A DNA stretch of 32,611 nucleotides from a virus, in the IMG/VR virus record IMGVR_UViG_3300016484_000217, positions 1 through 32,611 of that record; one strand, 5' to 3'. The notes under the pieces are model-generated. The model saw only the letters and a list, made by a program, of their open reading frames with translations. It had not been told where the DNA came from and made no database searches. Shown one piece after another: positions 1-6,503 of this stretch; position 1 is the first letter of the stretch, and each line of letters begins with the position of its first letter. The translations under genes were made by a program, and so were the position numbers.

Positions 1-251
1 GTAGTTGATATGCCTGATTTCTTTCCTCTAGAGTAAACTTCTACAAATAGATTTCCAGTTGCGTGAGCCATAAAGTCGGTTTTAACTTCAACTTTACTTC
101 CTTGTGAAAAGATTTGTTTTATCCAATCCTCTCCTTTTTCGCCTATCTCTAAATCATAGTAAAAGCTTCCAGAGTGTTTCATTTTTTATATTTTTCATCA
201 ATAATCATAGGAACTGCATTTTCCCAACTTATAGAATGATGTAATCTTTTG
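1..251. repeat. Terminal direct repeat, copy 1: exact duplicate of 32361..32611 (circular-closure overlap or terminal redundancy)
   Basis: Base-by-base reading shows 1..251 identical to 32361..32611. The 5' part of leftward ORF 32180..32542 is re-sampled at 1..182. Confidence 0.97.
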
Positions 252-1006
252 TTTTGTAGTCCAATGGATTTTACCTTAACACAAGATGGATTAATAATAA
301 CGGAATAAAAAGATTTTACATATGTACCACCATCTAAATATGTAGATGTCATTCCACCTTTATTTGATTGTGTATCTTTTTGGTCTAATTGAAAATTCAT
401 AATAGTAAAAAACAAATAACCTAATCCGCCTAAATATACATAAGTATTTACATCTTCATTTATTCTTCCAATAAATTTAAAGGGTCTATCGGTAGAACAA
501 ATAAAACTATTCATAGCTTTTCTTGATATTTTTTTATTTTCATCATATCCGCCAATATGGTCGCCACCTTGACTAAAAGCAATACTAGTTATTTTTGTTT
601 TTTCTAAATACTCTATAAATATATTTAATATATTATCTAATTTTCTTGTAGTTTTTGCTCCATTAGGAGTTCTATATCCAAACCAATAATAATCATCATC
701 TAATTGAATATAGTATTTATATCCTAATTTAGAAGCAATATCATTACAAAAATTCCTAGCATATACTATTGTTTTTCTATTATCAAAATTATCACATTCA
801 TCAAAAGTTTTTGAAATCTCTTTTTTATCAAAAATAATTACATTAGATACTCCAAAATTATTAAAGTATTGATTTTGTGTTTCATCTTCATTATCAATAA
901 TGATTTTTATATCTCCTGTATATCCACAGTTTTTAAGAGTATTGTATGTTTTTACATTATTTGGTCTTGCGTGAGATAAAATAAAGGCACAAAAATCTTT
1001 TCTCAT
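179..1006 (-). CDS. GT-A-fold-like glycosyltransferase (nucleotide-sugar transferase-like), acceptor unknown
   Basis: 275-aa ORF. It has a CAFILSHARP N-terminal strand, an acidic DxD-type motif IQLDDDYYW, and a second acidic motif GRINEDVNTY. Its stop overlaps the ATG of the next leftward gene (TCAT at 179..182). The fold call is motif-level only. Confidence 0.5.
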   Translation of the reverse strand: MRKDFCAFILSHARPNNVKTYNTLKNCGYTGDIKIIIDNEDETQNQYFNNFGVSNVIIFDKKEISKTFDECDNFDNRKTIVYARNFCNDIASKLGYKYYIQLDDDYYWFGYRTPNGAKTTRKLDNILNIFIEYLEKTKITSIAFSQGGDHIGGYDENKKISRKAMNSFICSTDRPFKFIGRINEDVNTYVYLGGLGYLFFTIMNFQLDQKDTQSNKGGMTSTYLDGGTYVKSFYSVIINPSCVKVKSIGLQNKRLHHSISWENAVPMIIDEKYKK

Positions 1007-1009
1007 AAT

Positions 1010-1399
1010 TTATTCGTTTATATATTGATTATATAAGTCATCTTGTAATTTTACAAAACCTAACTGTATTGCCTTTTCAAAATCAATAATTACTAACGCT
1101 GATTGCTCCATTAGAGATTGCATTTCTTTAGATGAATGTGCATAATAATCGGCTATTTTTGAATAGTTAAATATATTATGTCTTTTTGAAGCTTCAATTA
1201 GAAATTTTTTTTCTTCATCATCTATATTAGAATTTTCTATTTGCCTTATTAATCTTCTTGTTTTAGAAGAATCTAATAACTCATAAATGCTTGGTTTTTT
1301 ATTTTTTGGTTGATATATTGGTGAAGAAACTTTTTTTGTATATTTTTTTTCTTCTTCATTATTATTTATATCATTACCAAATAGATTATATTGTTTCAT
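1010..1399 (-). CDS. Hypothetical protein: charged N-terminus plus helical module RHNIFNYSKIADYYAHSSKEMQSLMEQSALVIIDF
   Basis: 129-aa ORF. It overlaps the ninG-like stop by 4 nt (1396..1399) and ends 3 nt before the GT-A-like ATG. The tight coupling suggests co-function with its neighbours. Confidence 0.6.
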   Translation of the reverse strand: MKQYNLFGNDINNNEEEKKYTKKVSSPIYQPKNKKPSIYELLDSSKTRRLIRQIENSNIDDEEKKFLIEASKRHNIFNYSKIADYYAHSSKEMQSLMEQSALVIIDFEKAIQLGFVKLQDDLYNQYINE

Positions 1400-1755
1400 T
1401 TATAGGTATTTATTATATCCTCTAATTCAGCTCTAGTCCACTTCTTACTTTTATTTTGTAATCCAATCAATTCTAAATCTTGGACTGCATCTTCTCTATA
1501 TCTTTCTATTAATCCCATTCTATATTTAATTAAATTTCCGCTTAAAAACATATTACATCTTACGCATTGTCCATTAACATTCATTTCATCAAAACGCAAG
1601 ATTGAATGGTGTCCTTGACTAAAATAGTGTCCAGCTTGATTAACTTCGCCACCACAAGATATACAACCTAAATCTTTATCTCTTTCTCGGATATAGGCAT
1701 TAAATATCTTTTGTGCCTTTGCTAATAATTTCGGAAGTGGAGTAAGCTTTTTCAT
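1396..1755 (-). CDS. ninG: NinG/Rap-like recombination endonuclease
   Basis: 119 aa. The pattern GCISCGG...AGHYFSQGHH...GQCVRCNMFLSGN (two Cys pairs plus His) matches the lambda NinG family. It lies in the recombination module. Confidence 0.7.
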   Translation of the reverse strand: MKKLTPLPKLLAKAQKIFNAYIRERDKDLGCISCGGEVNQAGHYFSQGHHSILRFDEMNVNGQCVRCNMFLSGNLIKYRMGLIERYREDAVQDLELIGLQNKSKKWTRAELEDIINTYK

Positions 1756-2009
1756 TAAAAGGGTAAATCTGAGTTATCGTGTTTAGATGATGTTTTTTCT
1801 AATTTTTCTGGTTTCCAGGTATCAATAGTAAGAGATACATCTTTACCATATTGGTCTGGCTCTCTTAATACATTAACATTCAACTTAACAAATTTACTTC
1901 CGTTGTACTCTTGGATATGGTCTTGGATTTTATCAATGTTAATTGATACGGATAACCAAGTGTCGCTTCTTTTTTTACCGCTTCCGCAGTAGATTTTCTT
2001 TTGTTCCAT
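1755..2009 (-). CDS. Small SSB-like or SSB-tip-bearing protein
   Basis: 84 aa with a beta-rich core (KFVKLNVNVLREPDQYGKDVSLTIDTWKP). The C-terminus ...SSKHDNSDLPF ends in the D-[IL]-P-F tip of bacterial SSB tails. It sits between erf and the ninG-like gene. Confidence 0.45.
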   Translation of the reverse strand: MEQKKIYCGSGKKRSDTWLSVSINIDKIQDHIQEYNGSKFVKLNVNVLREPDQYGKDVSLTIDTWKPEKLEKTSSKHDNSDLPF

Positions 2010-2040
2010 TTTGATTTTTGTTCAGTACTCTGTCCCCAGT

Positions 2041-2187
2041 TTAATATAAAGTTATTGATATAGTTCTATTAAGCCAAGCAAATTCTAGGTCAATTCCTAT
2101 TAATTCATTTTCTTCATATACTCGTTCTAAGTATAATGAAATAGTTGGCAGTAGATAAAAAAGGTCGGTGTGTCTTAAAATTTTCAT
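2041..2187 (-). CDS. Possible 48-aa micro-ORF (MKILRHTDLFYLLPTISLYLERVYEENELIGIDLEFAWLNRTISITLY)
   Basis: Hand translation. Its ATG overlaps the stop of the upstream ORF as ATGA (2184..2187). It fills an otherwise 174-nt gap and is below the ORF-track cutoff. Confidence 0.3.
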   Translation of the reverse strand: MKILRHTDLFYLLPTISLYLERVYEENELIGIDLEFAWLNRTISITLY

Positions 2188-2429
2188 TGTGTTAATTGTT
2201 CAATGGTTAATGAATATAATTTATCTTCAATCATTTCTTTTGTTACCCAATGTGGTGCTTCATAATCTATAATATCAAGTCCAAACTCTGCTTCATAAAA
2301 TTCATCATTAGTAAAGCTTGGCATTTGACCTTTATAGTAATACCACTTGAAAGTAACATATACTTCATCATCTAATTCAACTTCTGGGTGTTCTATATAA
2401 ACTCGTAGGTTAGTAATTCCGTATGACAT
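2184..2429 (-). CDS. Strongly acidic small early protein, function unknown
   Basis: 81 aa with 17 D/E against 5 K/R (counted). Its start abuts the stop of the upstream ORF. Confidence 0.6.
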   Translation of the reverse strand: MSYGITNLRVYIEHPEVELDDEVYVTFKWYYYKGQMPSFTNDEFYEAEFGLDIIDYEAPHWVTKEMIEDKLYSLTIEQLTQ

Positions 2430-2896
2430 TATTTAAAGTTTACAGTTATAGATGTGGTTGAGGACTTGCTAGGTGGATATAAAGTTACTACTTCATCTTC
2501 AATTAACACTTCTAAGCTATTTTTAATTGACTTTAAAAATGCTTGTCTTTCTTTAATTTTAGCTTCTAATTCTTCTTGTTCCTGAAGTAGTTTTAAAATA
2601 ATTGGGTCATTAGTTTTAGAATAATCGTATTTAACCCCAGCTTCTTTGATTTCAAACTTAGCATTTTGAAATTCAAATGACTTTCCGAATTTCATACTTT
2701 CTTCTAAAAGCAACTCCCGATAATTTGGATTGCTAGTTATCTGCTTAATCAAATCTTCTAGGCATTTAACTTGCAAATGGACTTTTAATGGATTAGCATT
2801 TCCAATAATTAGTTGTCCTATTAAAGCATCTACAAATTGTAATCTTTGCTCTTTAGTTGTTTCAAAGAGTTCTAGGTTGGTAGTTACTAGATTCAT
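2429..2896 (-). CDS. Hypothetical recombination-module protein with a coiled-coil segment
   Basis: 155 aa containing LLQEQEELEAKIKERQAFLKSIK. It overlaps the erf stop (2893..2896). Confidence 0.6.
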   Translation of the reverse strand: MNLVTTNLELFETTKEQRLQFVDALIGQLIIGNANPLKVHLQVKCLEDLIKQITSNPNYRELLLEESMKFGKSFEFQNAKFEIKEAGVKYDYSKTNDPIILKLLQEQEELEAKIKERQAFLKSIKNSLEVLIEDEVVTLYPPSKSSTTSITVNFK

Positions 2897-3420
2897 TGTG
2901 CTTCTTTTAATCGTGATTTAATTTTATTATAGGTAGATATATCACTTAAATCATTAACAATCTTTAAGGCACTTTCCTTTTGCTCTGGTGTTAATTTAGC
3001 TGACATTACTAAGGTAGCCAATTCTTTTTTCTCTTTACTAAAATCATTATGCTCATTTGTAGCATCGGAATCTTTAGTATCATCTATCGCAAATAGTCCA
3101 TTTAAAGCATATTTACGAGCATAGCTTGAACTTGCTCCAGTAACCTGACTAGAATCCATACCTTTCTTAGTTTCTTCTTCTCTAGCATATCCATAAGCTT
3201 GATATACTAATTTACCATTGGTTAATGTTGCGGTAGCTTTTACATATACTCTACCACCAACTTCAACTACTTCATCGGAAAGGATTAACCAAAATCCTAG
3301 TGGATTAATAATAGGTTTAATTGCTTCTACGATGTCCTCGCAAGAACGATATTTATACTTGCCAAAGGAATTAAATTGACCTTTCGGTGCTTTTACTTGT
3401 GCTTGAATTTCGTGTAACAT
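2893..3420 (-). CDS. erf: ERF-family single-strand annealing protein
   Basis: QVKAPKGQFNSFGKYKYRSCEDIVEAIKP and SQVTGASSSYARKYALNGLFAIDD fit the ERF superfamily signature. The track ORF starts at TTG 3471; I prefer the first ATG at 3420 (MLHEIQ...). Confidence 0.8.
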   Translation of the reverse strand: MLHEIQAQVKAPKGQFNSFGKYKYRSCEDIVEAIKPIINPLGFWLILSDEVVEVGGRVYVKATATLTNGKLVYQAYGYAREEETKKGMDSSQVTGASSSYARKYALNGLFAIDDTKDSDATNEHNDFSKEKKELATLVMSAKLTPEQKESALKIVNDLSDISTYNKIKSRLKEAQ

Positions 3421-3608
3421 ATTTTGTGTTTTGCTTTTAAAAATAAGGGGGTGCTTTGTAAACCAAAACAAAACCTAATAATAAAGGATAACACCCCCAT
3501 TGCTCGTTGCATATTATAGTCCTTAACGAGATGGACTTTTAATTTGTGAATAGATATGATTAATCCATTCGTTAAAATCTTTAGGCGGATTTTCTGGGTA
3601 GGTAGTTT

Positions 3609-3896
3609 TTACAAACATAATAATACTTTGTTTATAGCATCGTTAAATTGGTCGGAAGTACAAGCTTCATAGCTTTCTTTATTTAAGTAGTAGTTCTCTA
3701 AAGTATTTTGATTGGTCATTCTTTCTAAATCTTCAATCGTAATACTAGAGTAAATGTTTTCCGTACCGATAAATACCTTTTTAAGTTTAAGGTCAGTTCC
3801 AACTTTTAAGTATTCATCAAAATACTTGTGCTTAACTAAGATTGGAAGTTCAATGTTTAATTGTGTTGTGCTTGGCACTTGGATTGTAAAAATCAT
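3609..3896 (-). CDS. Hypothetical early protein
   Basis: 95-aa ORF in the leftward operon with an A-rich leader. No motif recognised. Confidence 0.55.
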   Translation of the reverse strand: MIFTIQVPSTTQLNIELPILVKHKYFDEYLKVGTDLKLKKVFIGTENIYSSITIEDLERMTNQNTLENYYLNKESYEACTSDQFNDAINKVLLCL

Positions 3897-3914
3897 AATG
3901 TTTTGTTTTTGAAA

Positions 3915-3998
3915 TTAAATACTATACTTATCGGCTATCATATTGACAACTTTCAAAGCGATTACTAAAATAAGGAAAAATTTGATTGCGTTTTTCAT
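3915..3998 (-). CDS. Possible 27-aa hydrophobic micro-ORF (MKNAIKFFLILVIALKVVNMIADKYSI)
   Basis: Hand translation. The ATG lies 2 nt after the stop of ORF 4001..4186. It has one TM-like segment. Confidence 0.2.
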   Translation of the reverse strand: MKNAIKFFLILVIALKVVNMIADKYSI

Positions 3999-4000
3999 AA

Positions 4001-4186
4001 TTAATGTTTAATAATTAAATTAGATTGAATATTTACTTTTTTTTCTAAAAGAAAAATTAATGTAGATAAAGAATCTATATTTTGTTTTTTGATTTTTTTC
4101 CAGTCAAACTCCATATTTAATTCTTTTTCTAAATTTTCAAGAGTTATATATGCTCTTGAATAATCATCTTTAATTGTGTTTTTCAT
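4001..4186 (-). CDS. Hypothetical protein, first gene of the leftward operon
   Basis: 61-aa ORF preceded on its strand by a (CAAAA)n-type A-rich leader (4187..4203). Confidence 0.5.
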   Translation of the reverse strand: MKNTIKDDYSRAYITLENLEKELNMEFDWKKIKKQNIDSLSTLIFLLEKKVNIQSNLIIKH

Positions 4187-4341
4187 TTTGTTTTGTTTTG
4201 TTTGATAATGCTAAATTACACGATATTTCAACACAAAGTATAAAAATATCAACTTTTTTTAAAAATAGGTATATTTACTTATATTTCTATTGATAATCAA
4301 AGAGTTATGTAAATAAGTATAAATATGCGAATTTGCTAAAA

Positions 4342-4360
4342 TAGGGTATATAATACCCCA
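4342..4360. promoter_or_regulatory. Palindromic site TAGGGTA-tataa-TACCCCA (operator-like) in the divergent control region
   Basis: Read directly. It has 7-nt half-sites with a 5-nt spacer. The same TAGGGTA-N5-TACCCTA design recurs at 8056..8074, and the 11-mer AAATAGGGTAT/ATACCCTATTT occurs only in these two regions. Confidence 0.5.
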
Positions 4361-4372
4361 TAAGTATAAGAC

Positions 4373-4407
4373 AAGGAAGAAGAATAAGATAAGGAAGAAG
4401 AATAAGA
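4373..4407. repeat. Tandem 17-mer AAGGAAGAAGAATAAGA x2, separated by one T
   Basis: Read directly: 4373..4389 and 4391..4407. The complement carries CTTATTCTT twice, as does 7998..8030. Confidence 0.85.
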
Positions 4408-4445
4408 CATATTGCTACTTATAGCAAAAGAACTAATTTGTATTA

Positions 4446-4940
4446 GTGAATCGTGAACAAATCATAACCGAGTTTTATAATAGCAAAGATATAAACCAAG
4501 CTATTTCTAAAATGCAACCTGCATATTTGCAAGATGAACTAAAGCAAGAAGTGTTCTTAGTTCTTTGTGAAATGCCAGAAGAAAGATTATTTCAAATGTA
4601 TAACGATGAATATTTAAAGTATTTTATTGTTCGTACTATTTTAAATATGGCTAAATCCGATAGAAGTACTTTCTATAAAAAATTCAGGGAGCAATTAGAT
4701 GAAATACCTGAAAGTTTTGAAATGAAAAAAGATGACTACGATGAAAGCTTAAATGAGAAATTAGATAATGCAGTTAAAATCTTGCACTGGTACGAAAGAG
4801 AATTACTTCGGTTGTATTCGGAAGAAAAGAACTTATTAAAGATTTCTAGAGATACTAATATACCATATCGTTCAATATTAGAAACAATCAAGAAAGTAAA
4901 AGTATTTCTTAAATATAAAATTAGAAACCACGAACTATGA
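4446..4940 (+). CDS. ECF-like sigma-70 family RNA polymerase sigma factor
   Basis: 164 aa with a GTG start. It has a region-2-like segment DELKQEVFLVLCE...YLKYFIVRTILNMAKSDRS and a region-4 HTH-like segment WYERELLRLYSEEKNLLKISRDTNIPYRSILETIKKVKVFL. Confidence 0.65.
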   Translation: MNREQIITEFYNSKDINQAISKMQPAYLQDELKQEVFLVLCEMPEERLFQMYNDEYLKYFIVRTILNMAKSDRSTFYKKFREQLDEIPESFEMKKDDYDESLNEKLDNAVKILHWYERELLRLYSEEKNLLKISRDTNIPYRSILETIKKVKVFLKYKIRNHEL

Positions 4941-5188
4941 ATATCTTTTTAATCATTCTAACGGCTAATATATTTAGCTTCTTTTTTATTAATCAAATCC
5001 AATTTCATAAGAAATGGCATTTAGATTTCAAACCATTTAATTGCACATTATGTTTAAGTGCTTGGGTTGGACTAGGACTTTATTTTTGTCCAACGATAGT
5101 ACAATACTCATTTTTGGCTTTATTTGGCTCTGGGTTTATTGCTCCATTCTTTAGAAACTTTTTTGTAAACTTATATTTTAAACAATGA
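4937..5188 (+). CDS. Small polytopic membrane protein with a CxxC loop
   Basis: 83 aa with three hydrophobic segments and the loop HKKWHLDFKPFNCTLC. Its ATG overlaps the sigma-gene stop (ATGA). Confidence 0.6.
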   Translation: MNIFLIILTANIFSFFFINQIQFHKKWHLDFKPFNCTLCLSAWVGLGLYFCPTIVQYSFLALFGSGFIAPFFRNFFVNLYFKQ

Positions 5189-5508
5189 CAAAAGAAGAAT
5201 TACAATTTTGCGATGATAATATCATCAATTTTGAATCCGTTAAATTAGGATTCACTAGAAACATTCCTTATGCGGTAATGGAAACTTACGAAAGTTTATA
5301 TCGTAAATATTTAGATTCACAATTCTCATTGACTTATTGGTGTGGAGAATGTGTATTTGATATGTTACAAAGATTAATGGTTGTTTACGATAATGCTAAA
5401 GGTCAAGTTTTAGAAACTGTATTTACTTTACCTGATGATGTACCAACCGAAATAAAGGAAGAAATACCACAAGAAGCACCTAAAAAGAAAGGAAGAAAAA
5501 AGAAATGA
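5185..5508 (+). CDS. Hypothetical protein with a CGEC motif and a Lys-rich C-terminus
   Basis: 107 aa with WCGECVFDML and a tail ...APKKKGRKKK. It has 4-nt overlaps with both neighbours. Confidence 0.55.
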   Translation: MTKEELQFCDDNIINFESVKLGFTRNIPYAVMETYESLYRKYLDSQFSLTYWCGECVFDMLQRLMVVYDNAKGQVLETVFTLPDDVPTEIKEEIPQEAPKKKGRKKK

Positions 5509-6503
5509 GAATACTTGCCGTAGGACAACGAAACTCTGGGGTATCTTATCATCGTTTGATGCTACCTACCTATTACTTAAAGAAAGATTACGCATTACTT
5601 ACCGATACGATTAATGATGAAATATTAAAAGATAATTATGATGTAGTAGTTATTAATCGTTTTATACCCGAGGTAAGAATAGATGAGTTAATTGCGTATA
5701 AAGAGAAATATGGATTTAAACTCGTAGTAGATATAGACGATTATTGGGTACTAGATTCCTGGCATATGTTATACAAGACATATCCAATTAGAGAAATTGT
5801 TTCGCATATAGCCGTAGCTGACATTGTTACTTGTACTAATGAACTCTTATATAACGAGATTAAACCTTTGAACTCTAATGTTTATATTGTACCAAATGCT
5901 TTGCCTTATGGATTAGACCAGTATACAGATGTGAAAACGGAAAGCGAAAAGGTTAGATTTATATATGCAGGTGGACTAACACACGAAAAAGATGTAAAGA
6001 TTTTACAATATCCATTAAAAAGAGTAGCAAGTGATTCAGATTTAAAAAGTAAAGTAGTATTTGAATTATGTGGATATTCCGATGAACACCCATATTTAAT
6101 TAAACTTTGGGGAAGAATGATAGCCGATTTTACCGCCAATTTTAAATTAGGATATGTTCGTAAGGGATTAGATGTAACCGAATATATGAATTTTTATGCA
6201 AATGCCGATGTAACTTTTGCTCCTTTAGTTCCTAGCAAGTTTAACAATATGAAGTCAAACTTAAAAGTCCTTGAAGCTGGAGCAAAGAAACTTCCAATAC
6301 TTGTATCTAACACGATGCCTTATTCCGATTGTCCTTATGCTATAAAGATTGAAAGACAAACCGATTGGTACAAGGAAATTAAAAAACTTACGAATGACTC
6401 TATTTATAGACAAGAAGTAGGTCAAGCCAATTATGAATGGTGCAAGGCAAACTTTGATTTAATAAAGATTAATCAATTAAGAGAACAAATTTATGCCAGT
6501 TAG
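5505..6503 (+). CDS. GT-B-fold glycosyltransferase (GT1/GT4-like)
   Basis: 332 aa. It starts with the Rossmann-type MRILAVGQR. The C-terminal donor-binding region NNMKSNLKVLEAGAKKLPILVSN is typical of GT-B enzymes. Confidence 0.6.
   Translation: MRILAVGQRNSGVSYHRLMLPTYYLKKDYALLTDTINDEILKDNYDVVVINRFIPEVRIDELIAYKEKYGFKLVVDIDDYWVLDSWHMLYKTYPIREIVSHIAVADIVTCTNELLYNEIKPLNSNVYIVPNALPYGLDQYTDVKTESEKVRFIYAGGLTHEKDVKILQYPLKRVASDSDLKSKVVFELCGYSDEHPYLIKLWGRMIADFTANFKLGYVRKGLDVTEYMNFYANADVTFAPLVPSKFNNMKSNLKVLEAGAKKLPILVSNTMPYSDCPYAIKIERQTDWYKEIKKLTNDSIYRQEVGQANYEWCKANFDLIKINQLREQIYAS

Noticed and set aside
1-251. End repeats considered as LTR/IS-type mobile-element termini
   Set aside because: The repeat lies inside coding sequence of one continuous operon and simply re-samples the same genes. 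There are no target-site duplications or transposase genes. Circular closure is the simplest explanation.
919-928. DnaA-box-like words (ATATCCACA at 920..928; TGTGGATAT at 6069..6077; others with more mismatches) considered as target sites for the DnaA-IV-like protein
   Set aside because: They are single, scattered near-matches inside coding regions with no clustering. That is expected by chance in 32 kb, so no origin call was made.
3393-3512. 39-aa minus-strand ORF in the gap upstream of erf
   Set aside because: It overlaps the erf start out of frame, its Phe/Lys/Cys-rich sequence is odd, and it has no coupling to the upstream stop. The 3421..3608 gap is more likely an internal regulatory region.
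4333-4354. TTGCTA ... TATAAT read as a sigma-70-type -35/-10 promoter
   Set aside because: The spacer is only 10 nt (16-18 are needed), the TATAAT lies within the palindrome, and the inferred host group uses different promoter motifs. I also found no exact TAnnTTTG match in the intergenic regions I read.
4373-4407. Tandem 17-mers considered as a CRISPR-like or mini-array
   Set aside because: There are only two copies separated by a single base (no spacers), the sequence is purine-only, and no cas genes are present. A regulatory or iteron-type repeat is a better description.
5906-6139. Representative of the many short nested or antisense track ORFs: 2730..2921, 5906..6139, 7316..7537, 9684..9881, 10600..10854, 12675..12857, 13561..13782, 16720..16911, 17774..17968, 21085..21390, 21696..21890, 24854..25084, 25553..25750, 26150..26341, 27046..27327, 28483..28767, 28670..28855, 29845..30057, 31351..31551
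   Set aside because: Each lies largely or wholly within longer ORFs that carry recognisable motifs or fit the operon structure. All are 60-101 aa, hydrophobic or low-complexity, and lack translational coupling to neighbours.
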